Positions 18,996 to 26,577 of a stretch of 27,071 bases of DNA are shown one piece after another. The stretch's first letter is position 1. Every line of letters begins with the position of its first letter. A program made the translations under genes and the position numbers. This DNA comes from an uncultured Gammaproteobacteria bacterium. Its GTDB lineage: Bacteria; Pseudomonadota; Gammaproteobacteria; Acidiferrobacterales; CAJVXG01. The notes below the pieces were generated by a model. The model was not told the origin of the DNA and did no database searches. It saw nothing but the letters and a program-made list of their open reading frames with translations. The DNA lies in contig CAJVXG010000001.1 of NCBI GenBank assembly GCA_913009215.1, positions 1 through 27,071 on the forward strand. Reading direction: 5' to 3'.

Positions 18996-20222
18996 ATGGA
19001 AATCTATCTTGTCGGTGGCGCGGTGCGCGACAAATTGCTCGGTCTTGAAGTAAAGGACCGGGACTATGTCGTGGTCGGTTCGACTCCGGAGGAGATGGTG
19101 TCTTTGGGCTATGCCCCGGTGGGCGCGGACTTTCCGGTGTTCCTCCATCCCGACAGCAAAGAGGAATACGCGCTGGCGCGTACCGAGCGCAAGAGTGGTC
19201 ATGGGTATAAGGGTTTTACGGTCTACAGCGCACCGGATGTGACGCTGGATGAGGATTTGAAACGACGCGACCTGACGATCAATGCCATGGCCGAAGACCA
19301 GAACGGTATTCTCATTGACCCGTTTCATGGCAAGGACGATCTGGAAAACGGGTTTCTGCGTCATGTCTCGGAGGCCTTTCGAGAAGACCCGGTGCGTATC
19401 TTACGCACCGCCCGTTTTGCCGCCCGTTTTGCCAAGTGGGGTTTTCGTGTCGCCCATGACACCTATGCCCTGATGAAAAAGATGGTTGAAGATGGTGAGG
19501 TGGATCATTTGGTGTCCGAGCGTGTCTGGTCCGAGACCGAACGGGCACTGGGCGAGCAACAACCGGTACGGTACTTTCGCGTATTGCGACGATGTGGCGC
19601 GCTGGCGCGCTTGTTTCCGGAACTGGATGTCTTGTACGGCGTACCGCAACCGCAGGCGCATCACCCGGAGGTCGATACCGGTGTCCATACCATGATGGTG
19701 CTGGCACAGGCCGCCAGGCTCAGTAACGATACCCGGGTACGCTTTGCCGCCCTGGTGCATGACCTTGGCAAAGGCACAACCCCGGAATCGGAGTGGCCGA
19801 AGCATATTGGTCACGAGACGCGCAGCGTCGAACTGGTCAAGGCCCTGTGTCAACGCTTCCGTGTGCCGAATGAATTCCGTGACCTGGCGGTGCTGGTGGC
19901 ACACTACCATACCCATTGCCATCGCGCCCTGGAGCTCAAGGCCAAAACCCTGCACGATACCCTGGCGTCACTTGATGCCTTTCGCAGGTTCGAACGCCTG
20001 GAGATGTTCCTCAAGGCTTGCGAGGCGGATGCACGTGGTCGCACCGGCTATGAAAACCAGGACTATCCTGAGGCCATGCGGTTTCGTCATGCCTATGCTG
20101 CGGCCTGTTCGGTCGATGTTGGCGTTATCGCCAGGGAGTGTGAGGACGGGGGGCAAAAAGGCGAGGCCATCAAGGAGGCGATTCGTCAGGCGCGGATTAA
20201 GGCCATTGGCCGTGTGCTTTAA
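18996..20222 (+). CDS. cca: Multifunctional CCA tRNA nucleotidyltransferase with HD phosphatase domain
   Basis: YLVGGAVRD, DRDYVV, EYALARTERK, RRDLTINAMA, EDPVRILR, HHPEVDTGVH, ALVHDLGK. Confidence 0.97.
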   Translation: MEIYLVGGAVRDKLLGLEVKDRDYVVVGSTPEEMVSLGYAPVGADFPVFLHPDSKEEYALARTERKSGHGYKGFTVYSAPDVTLDEDLKRRDLTINAMAEDQNGILIDPFHGKDDLENGFLRHVSEAFREDPVRILRTARFAARFAKWGFRVAHDTYALMKKMVEDGEVDHLVSERVWSETERALGEQQPVRYFRVLRRCGALARLFPELDVLYGVPQPQAHHPEVDTGVHTMMVLAQAARLSNDTRVRFAALVHDLGKGTTPESEWPKHIGHETRSVELVKALCQRFRVPNEFRDLAVLVAHYHTHCHRALELKAKTLHDTLASLDAFRRFERLEMFLKACEADARGRTGYENQDYPEAMRFRHAYAAACSVDVGVIARECEDGGQKGEAIKEAIRQARIKAIGRVL

Positions 20223-20320
20223 ATCACCCAATAATGGTTATATAAGGGTTTAATGGCCAATAAGGAAATAGCAGGCCACTCCCTGTATAGTTAGCTCATA
20301 CCGATAGAGAGGATGAAATC

Positions 20321-20845
20321 ATGACTGAAGCAACACTGCGGCAACAACAAAAAAGACCATCGGCCTTTGTGCTGGTTACTATCTGTACCGTTCTATTTAT
20401 AGGGTTGACGATGCCACTGCAAGCAGCAAGGGCGGAACAACCGGCCAAGGTCGTGTGGCATATCGACTACATGGATCCGGCCCGGTTTAGTGCGACCCTG
20501 ACCAGTCTCTACAATATGGCTACGACCTATGACGGCGAATTAAAAGACTATGATATTCGCGTGGTTTTTGTTGGTCAGGGGATGCGTTTTCTGACTGATG
20601 ACAAGCTTGCCGGTACCCCACTTGCGGCCAAAAGGAAGTACCTCAAGCGCCGTAAAGAACTAAAAGATCGTCTTCGTAGTTTACGGTCCAGTTTTAACGT
20701 CAAAATGGAGCTGTGCAATATAACGCGTTTGGCTATTAATCTGGACAAAAAAGATCTCTACCCCGGTGTTATATTGGTGCAGTCCGGTGTGGTCCGCATT
20801 ACCGAATTGCAATCCAAGGGCTATGCCTACCTCAAGGTGCAGTAG
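20321..20845 (+). CDS. Exported DsrE/DsrF-like family protein
   Basis: Signal peptide ending ARA, KVVWHID, IRVVFVGQG, MELCNIT (conserved Cys), VQSGVVRITELQSKGYAYLK C-terminus; GAGAGG RBS. Confidence 0.8.
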   Translation: MTEATLRQQQKRPSAFVLVTICTVLFIGLTMPLQAARAEQPAKVVWHIDYMDPARFSATLTSLYNMATTYDGELKDYDIRVVFVGQGMRFLTDDKLAGTPLAAKRKYLKRRKELKDRLRSLRSSFNVKMELCNITRLAINLDKKDLYPGVILVQSGVVRITELQSKGYAYLKVQ

Positions 20846-22168
20846 TTGTCACCGGGTTCTCCGCCCAAAATTGGTTTTGTTAGTCTCGGTTGTCCCAAGG
20901 CCCTGGTCGATTCAGAACACATCCTGAATCGTCTCGGCGCCGAAGGTTACGATATTTCGGAGGACTATGCTGGTGCCGACCTGGTTGTGATCAATACCTG
21001 TGGCTTTATTGATGCCGCCATTGAGGAATCGCTGGACGCCATTGATGGAGCCATGAAGGAAAACGGCAAGGTCATCGTCACCGGCTGTTTGGGCGCCAAG
21101 GGCAATATCGTTAAAGAGTACTTCCCGGAGGTGCTGGCCGTGACCGGCCCGCATGCCAGCGATGAAGTGGTACAGGCCATCCACCGGCACCTGCCGCCAC
21201 AGCGCAATTCGTTTACCAGCCTGATCCCGCCGCAGGGCATCAAGCTGACACCGCAGCACTACGCCTACCTCAAGATCAGTGAGGGCTGTAATCATCGTTG
21301 CAGTTTTTGCATTATCCCCGATCTGCGCGGCGATCTCGTCAGTCGTCCCGCCAACGAAGTCATGGCCGAGGCCGAACGACTGGTACAGGCCGGAGTGAAA
21401 GAATTACTGGTGATATCCCAGGACACCAGCGCCTATGGTGTTGACCGCCATTACGACACCACCCTGTATCATGCCCGTGCCATCAGGAGCCGTATCACGG
21501 ATCTGTCTGCTGCCCTGGGCGATCTGGGTGTCTGGGTGCGCCTGCATTATGTCTATCCCTATCCGCATGTGGATGAACTGATACCGTTAATGGCCGACGG
21601 GAAAATCCTGCCGTACCTGGATGTGCCTTTTCAGCATGCCAGCAAGAAAATCCTGAAAGCCATGAAGCGACCTGGCAGCCATGAACAGATTTTGCGTACT
21701 ATTAAACATTGGCGCTCAGTTTGTCCCGAATTGACCATACGCAGTACATTTATTGTCGGCTTTCCCGGGGAGAGCGATGCAGACTTCAAAGAGCTGCTGC
21801 AGTTCCTGGAATCGGCTGAGCTGAACCGCGTCGGTTGCTTTACCTATTCCGATGTCGAGGGCGCCGCCGCCAATGATTTACCCGGCCCGGTACCTGAAGA
21901 GGTAAAACTGCAACGCCAGCAGCAGCTGATGGAGTTGCAGGCCGATATCTCCGCAGAGAAACTGGCCAGTAAGATGGGGCAGACCATGCAGGTGCTGGTG
22001 GACGAGGTCAACGAGGATGGCGCCGTGGCCCGAACCCGGGGCGATGCCCCGGAAATTGACGGCCTGGTTTATATCGAAGACGGTCAGAACTTAACAGTAG
22101 GGGAGTTCTATACTATTACTGTTACCGGCGCCCGGGAGCACGATATGTGGGGTAAAATTGCCATATAA
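20846..22168 (+). CDS. rimO: Ribosomal protein S12 methylthiotransferase
   Basis: [42 protein letters not shown] radical-SAM motif, [13 protein letters not shown] domain DAPEIDG. TTG start directly after the upstream TAG. Confidence 0.96.
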   Translation: MSPGSPPKIGFVSLGCPKALVDSEHILNRLGAEGYDISEDYAGADLVVINTCGFIDAAIEESLDAIDGAMKENGKVIVTGCLGAKGNIVKEYFPEVLAVTGPHASDEVVQAIHRHLPPQRNSFTSLIPPQGIKLTPQHYAYLKISEGCNHRCSFCIIPDLRGDLVSRPANEVMAEAERLVQAGVKELLVISQDTSAYGVDRHYDTTLYHARAIRSRITDLSAALGDLGVWVRLHYVYPYPHVDELIPLMADGKILPYLDVPFQHASKKILKAMKRPGSHEQILRTIKHWRSVCPELTIRSTFIVGFPGESDADFKELLQFLESAELNRVGCFTYSDVEGAAANDLPGPVPEEVKLQRQQQLMELQADISAEKLASKMGQTMQVLVDEVNEDGAVARTRGDAPEIDGLVYIEDGQNLTVGEFYTITVTGAREHDMWGKIAI

Positions 22169-22192
22169 AATTCATCATAGAAAAGTTAACTT

Positions 22193-23062
22193 ATGCGAAG
22201 TATAAAAAGAAGCATCCTGGCAATGATTAATACAGTCGGGAGGATAATACCCAAGAAGATCCAACGATTTATTGTTGATGCGCCTGGTGTTCTGTACATT
22301 TTAGAAAAATTGTCAATTGGTCAGGTGGCGAGGGTTAAAACTCCTGAAGGAATTAAAATTGTTATTAACTCCCTGTTTCATTCAAATCTGGTTAAATCAG
22401 GGGACCTTTCAGGTTATGAGATGAACATCAGAGAGGCAATCACGATGTATACCAGACCCGGTATGGTAGCCTACGATATTGGGGCCAATGTTGGTATTTT
22501 TTCTTTTCTATTTGCATCTTTGGTAGGCGACACAGGATCTGTCTATGCGTTTGAACCCGAGCCTAACAACTGGATATGTCTTGAGAAATCTTTAGAAGAA
22601 AATAAAGGTATCAATATAACTTTGGATAAAAGGGCTATTGGGAATCACCAGGGACAGGAAAGTTTCGATCGACGTGGAGGCGCATTTTCCGGACGTCTCG
22701 TTGGGGATAATGAGACATATAGCAAAACAGACAATGTTCTATTGGTTGATACGGTCAGTATAGATTTCTTGACAAAGCAATGTAATTACCTTGTGCCAGA
22801 TATATTAAAAATTGATGTTGAAGGAAATGAGGGATTGGTGCTTGAAGGTATGAAGAATATACTTCAACATAAGGGGCCAATAATAATATGTGAGCTGCAT
22901 ACTCATCTCGGTGAAACAGTAGATAAAGTGAAGGAGACTTTACTGGAGTTTGATTATTCTACATATTTAATTAAAGGAAATGATGAGGGGAAAATCAATA
23001 TTCAGGCTATAAGTGATATTACAGATGCACATCATATTGTAGCCATAAAAAATGAAAATTAG
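22193..23062 (+). CDS. FkbM-family SAM-dependent methyltransferase (low GC)
   Basis: YDIGANVGIFS, VYAFEPEP, DILKIDVEGNEGLVLEG, IICELH. Confidence 0.87.
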   Translation: MRSIKRSILAMINTVGRIIPKKIQRFIVDAPGVLYILEKLSIGQVARVKTPEGIKIVINSLFHSNLVKSGDLSGYEMNIREAITMYTRPGMVAYDIGANVGIFSFLFASLVGDTGSVYAFEPEPNNWICLEKSLEENKGINITLDKRAIGNHQGQESFDRRGGAFSGRLVGDNETYSKTDNVLLVDTVSIDFLTKQCNYLVPDILKIDVEGNEGLVLEGMKNILQHKGPIIICELHTHLGETVDKVKETLLEFDYSTYLIKGNDEGKINIQAISDITDAHHIVAIKNEN

Positions 23063-23149
23063 ATTTTCTTGATCAAAACAATATATGAACTATCAACGCA
23101 CAGAATGTCTAACGGATGATATTATCCATCTGACTACAAGGAGAATGAA

Positions 23150-23362
23150 ATGAAAAAATTATTATTTATAGGCGCCCCCATGCGTGTTTTCCTCCTGATC
23201 ATGGCCAGCGTCCTGTTGCTTGGCATCTGGTTGACCGGTTTTGCCACTGCGCATTGGCTGCTGTATCTGCCGCCGGCGTTTTTTACCTTTGCCGCTGTCA
23301 CCGGTATCTGCCCCGGTATGATGTTTACGCGCACGATGTTCAAGGGTGGCAAAAGCGCCTAG
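23150..23362 (+). CDS. Small two-TM membrane protein, DUF2892 (YgaP membrane domain)-like
   Basis: AAGGAG RBS 6 nt upstream; two hydrophobic segments followed by AAVTGICPG, resembling the G-x-C-P motif of DUF2892. Confidence 0.65.
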   Translation: MKKLLFIGAPMRVFLLIMASVLLLGIWLTGFATAHWLLYLPPAFFTFAAVTGICPGMMFTRTMFKGGKSA

Positions 23363-23377
23363 TCGTTATATAGATCG

Positions 23378-23764
23378 ATGCCCAAAGGTGTTCGTAATAT
23401 TGTTCTGATCAACGGCATAGTGGCCGTCATCTATGTGCTGGCCTTTGTGTTGTATTATCGCACGCATACGGTGTTCGAGATGCGCGTCCTGCCCGTCGCC
23501 GTGGCCTTTGTGGCATTAATCACGGGGCCGGTGCTGGTACTGGGCAGTGTGCTGGTCTGGCGCATTGTGCGTATACTGTGTTATGTCTTTGCCCTGTTGG
23601 CATCCATGTTTGTAGTTACGGCCATCTTTAAAGGTTTTATCCTGTCGGTACCGATACAGATCGCCTTGTTGATTGTTTTTAACATCTATCTCATTGGTGT
23701 GCGCGGTTATTTAAATAGCGATGTTGCCCGCAGTTACTTCAGGATAACTCCGGTAAAGGGATGA
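23378..23764 (+). CDS. Hypothetical four-TM membrane protein (128 aa)
   Basis: Four hydrophobic segments; fills the gap between neighbours with 15 nt and 1 nt spacing; ends YLNSDVARSYF. Confidence 0.7.
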   Translation: MPKGVRNIVLINGIVAVIYVLAFVLYYRTHTVFEMRVLPVAVAFVALITGPVLVLGSVLVWRIVRILCYVFALLASMFVVTAIFKGFILSVPIQIALLIVFNIYLIGVRGYLNSDVARSYFRITPVKG

Positions 23765-23765
23765 T

Positions 23766-24035
23766 ATGTCTTTACGCACCATCAACATCGAATGCAAACA
23801 AGCGGAACTGGACTATGCCGGGGCGCAGAGTGCGGCCGAAGCAAGGGCAAAAACAGAATTACAGCAACCCATGCTGATTGCCTGGTACGACGGACAAAAG
23901 CAGCAGGAACATCCCGAAGTACCGGAGTGTTTGCACAAGCCCGGCTGGCTGGCCTATGCGGATGGTCACGGCGGTGTTTTGCGTATTGATATCAACGATG
24001 GTGAATTCAGTTTTGTCTACGCCGATGCCGGCTGA
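23766..24035 (+). CDS. AF1514-family (DUF5619-like) small protein
   Basis: PMLIAWYD...ECLHKPGWLAYADGHGGVLRIDINDGEFSFVY pattern recalled for this family; 1 nt after the upstream stop. Confidence 0.7.
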   Translation: MSLRTINIECKQAELDYAGAQSAAEARAKTELQQPMLIAWYDGQKQQEHPEVPECLHKPGWLAYADGHGGVLRIDINDGEFSFVYADAG

Positions 24036-24114
24036 TGAGGTAAGCATTTCTGGATGCTGGCCGGGGTGTAAAGAATGCCGGCAGCAGGCAGAATAATTTT
24101 ATAGGCGAACAGCA

Positions 24115-24462
24115 GTGAAAAACAGAACGGCAATGGCGATCGTCTGTTTGCACCTCAGTGCCGTGTTGTATGTGTTGCTGTTTGCTGTTGGCGCTTACCT
24201 GATGTGGCTTATCCCCAATATCAGTGAGAACGATCCCTATGCCTGGTACCTGGCACTGATTCTGATGCCGCTGGGTTTGTTCATGGCGATTGTCATCGAA
24301 TGGGTTGTGCGTGGATTGCGCCGGCAACAGTTCCGGGCCTGGCTGGCCGGCATGGGCATTTTTATTGTGTTTGTCTCGCCACTACTGTTTCCATTGGGAC
24401 TACTTGGTCTCTGGGGCTTGCTGGCCAGGGGCTCACGACAGGCCTTCGGTGTCGGGCGTTGA
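24115..24462 (+). CDS. Hypothetical membrane protein (115 aa, 3-4 TM)
   Basis: GTG start; hydrophobic segments; ends FPLGLLGLWGLLARGSRQAFG; its TGA overlaps the TTG start of the next gene. Confidence 0.65.
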   Translation: MKNRTAMAIVCLHLSAVLYVLLFAVGAYLMWLIPNISENDPYAWYLALILMPLGLFMAIVIEWVVRGLRRQQFRAWLAGMGIFIVFVSPLLFPLGLLGLWGLLARGSRQAFGVGR

Positions 24463-25307
24463 AGTCACTTTTTATCTGTTGCGCCTTGCTGTTGTCGGCG
24501 CCACTGTTTGCCGATTCCGTGAAACAACAGTACCCGTGGCACCGCGGGTTAAACTATCAGCGTATCGTCGATCGTATCCCCGCGCCAAGCGGTTATCGCC
24601 GCATACGGGTCCCGGACAAGAGTTTTTCGGCCTGGCTGCGTGGTTTGCCGGTGTTGCCCGGGCGGCCCAAAGTGCGATTATACAATGGCAAACTCAAGGG
24701 CAACCAGTCGGCGCATCACGTCGTCGTATCGATCGATGTCGGCAGGCGTGACCTGCAGCAATGCGCCGACGCCGTCATGCGTCTGCGTGCCGAGTATCTG
24801 TTTGCCAATGCCTGTCGCGACAACATTGTCTTTAAATACACCAGTGGTGATGTCGCTACCTGGCGGGCATGGCAGCGCGGGGTGCGTCCCCGTATTCGTG
24901 GCAATAAAGTGTCCTGGGTCCGGCGCGCCCGCAGTGATGGCGGTTATCAGAACTTTCGTCGCTATCTCGATAATATCTTTACTTATGCCGGTTCGTATTC
25001 CCTGAGCCGCGAATTACTGAAGGTGCGTAACCCCGCAACAGTACAAATAGGCGATGTCTTTATTCACGGCGGTTTCCCGGGCCATGCGGTCATTGTCGTT
25101 GATGTTGCCGAGAATCAAAAAGGCCGGCGCATTTTTTTGCTGGCGCAGAGTTTCATGCCGGCACAACAAATCCATGTCCTGCGTAACCCGACCTCGAGCC
25201 TGACGCCGTGGTATTCGGCGAAACAACACGGGCCGTTGGTGACACCGGAATGGTTGTTTCATTACCGGGAACTGAAACGGTTTGCCCGGATCAGTATCTG
25301 CCCCTGA
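24459..25307 (+). CDS. Exported DUF4846-family protein (start corrected to TTG 24459, 282 aa)
   Basis: Signal peptide MKSLFICCALLLSAPLFA; RIPAPSGYRR, WLRGLP, DVGRRDLQQCADAVMRLRAEYL, YAGSYSL, GDVFIHGGFPGHAVIVVD, LLAQSFMPAQQIHVLRNP. Confidence 0.82.
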   Translation: MKSLFICCALLLSAPLFADSVKQQYPWHRGLNYQRIVDRIPAPSGYRRIRVPDKSFSAWLRGLPVLPGRPKVRLYNGKLKGNQSAHHVVVSIDVGRRDLQQCADAVMRLRAEYLFANACRDNIVFKYTSGDVATWRAWQRGVRPRIRGNKVSWVRRARSDGGYQNFRRYLDNIFTYAGSYSLSRELLKVRNPATVQIGDVFIHGGFPGHAVIVVDVAENQKGRRIFLLAQSFMPAQQIHVLRNPTSSLTPWYSAKQHGPLVTPEWLFHYRELKRFARISICP

Positions 25308-25313
25308 GCCGTT

Positions 25314-26510
25314 CTACAAGCGACCGCGCTGGTCCTGTAATGCAAAGCCCTGCAACGCCATATCCATATCCTTGCCAAAGGCAATGACCTTGAACAACTC
25401 ACCCATCTCGCTGGGCATGGTCAGTGTCTTCACCTGTTGTGTCATGGCCAGATGAGCCTTTACATCGTCGGGGTCGGAGGCATTCAGTAACTGCTCCAGG
25501 CCATTGCCGATGAGGAAGGCCGCCTGGTTGCTATAGCCCAGTACATCAAGCCCGGCCTTGCTGGCGGCCTCGGCCATGGCGGTGAAATCCACATGGGCGG
25601 TGATGTCCTGCAGGCCAATGTGGGTGAAGGGGTTGTCGTGGGCGCGGTGGCGATAATGGCACATCAGCGTGCCTTGCTGGCGTTGCGGGTGATAGAACTC
25701 GTGTCGCGGGAAGCCGTAATCAATCAGTAACATCACACCCTGTTGCAGCACGTCGGCGATGCTGCCGATCCAGGCCTCGGCCTGGAAGTTGACTTCCGAG
25801 GTATAGCCCTGCGGCAGGGATAATGGATCAATGCGTTGTTGCAGGTCTTGGTCGGCATCCATCGGGCAGTATTCAAACACCCCGTCGCGGTATTGCACGC
25901 CAAGTTGCTTCAGGCCATCGGTAGTTTGCTGGAAGCGTTGTACCGGCATCGCATCCAGCAATTCATTGGCCATGACGATGCCACGGAATCCGGGCTCTGG
26001 CAGGCCATCCAGCCAGCGAATACGCTCATACAGTTCCGGCACCTGTTGTTGCAGGTGTTGTTGTTGCAGATCGCGCAGGTCGCCGCTGGTCTCCAGGATT
26101 AGATATTCCGTTGGCAGTGCGTCCTGCCGTTGCAGGGTCTGTAAAATGTGTCCGGCGAGCAGGCCCCGGCCGGCGCCGACCTCGAGCAGGCTGGCCCCAT
26201 GCAGTGGTGCCAGAATTTGTTGGCACTGATTTGCCAGGCATTGACCAAACAGCGGTGAGATTTCCGGCGCCGTGACGAAATCCCCTTGCTCACCAAATTT
26301 GATTTTATGGCCGCTGTAGTAGCCTAGCCCGGGGGCGTGCAAGGCCAGACCCATAAAGTGTTCAAAGCTGATCCGGTCCCCGGCCTCGTCTATTGTTTGC
26401 CGGATTAATGTTTGCAGTATGGCGCTGTGTTCGCGTTCGGTATCGCCCGGTTCGGGTAATTGCGATGCCGAGGCCCTGGCCTTTTCCAGTGCACGACGAT
26501 AGGGATTCAT
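25314..26510 (-). CDS. SAM-dependent methyltransferase, MidA/NDUFAF7 (DUF185) family (start corrected to ATG 26510)
   Basis: ISFEHFMGLALHAPGLGYY, GDFVTAPEISPLFG, LEVGAGRG, ANELLDAMP, IDYG, GTLMCHYRH, QDITAHVDF, MGELFKV. The track extension to 26660 overlaps folM antisense. Confidence 0.9.
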   Translation of the reverse strand: MNPYRRALEKARASASQLPEPGDTEREHSAILQTLIRQTIDEAGDRISFEHFMGLALHAPGLGYYSGHKIKFGEQGDFVTAPEISPLFGQCLANQCQQILAPLHGASLLEVGAGRGLLAGHILQTLQRQDALPTEYLILETSGDLRDLQQQHLQQQVPELYERIRWLDGLPEPGFRGIVMANELLDAMPVQRFQQTTDGLKQLGVQYRDGVFEYCPMDADQDLQQRIDPLSLPQGYTSEVNFQAEAWIGSIADVLQQGVMLLIDYGFPRHEFYHPQRQQGTLMCHYRHRAHDNPFTHIGLQDITAHVDFTAMAEAASKAGLDVLGYSNQAAFLIGNGLEQLLNASDPDDVKAHLAMTQQVKTLTMPSEMGELFKVIAFGKDMDMALQGFALQDQRGRL

Positions 26511-26577
26511 GATTTTCGGTGGTGTTTGCCCATGGTTCACGGTATTGTGACACAAGTTGAGACAACAGGTGATACCG

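Noticed and set aside
24055-24086. Hairpin TGCTGGCCGG / CCGGCAGCA (9 bp with one bulge, 13-nt loop) after the AF1514-like gene
   Set aside because: No U-tract on either strand and a large loop, so it is not supportable as an intrinsic terminator or a known ncRNA. It may be only an mRNA stability element.
23165-24106. Shared 10-mer TTTATAGGCG at about 23165 and about 24097, each shortly before a possible start codon
   Set aside because: One copy is inside a coding region that already has a strong RBS at 23138; a 10-bp match is compatible with chance.
23063-24114. Integron cassette array (small co-oriented ORFs; GTCTAAC at 23107-23113 fits the attC RYYYAAC inverse core)
   Set aside because: No matching GTTRRRY at a suitable distance, no repeated attC-like spacers (gaps are 15 nt, 1 nt and an overlap), and no integrase in the window.
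24300-24458. 53-aa N-terminal extension of the DUF4846 ORF
   Set aside because: Lies inside the upstream membrane gene; a clean signal peptide begins at TTG 24459 with a stop/start overlap.
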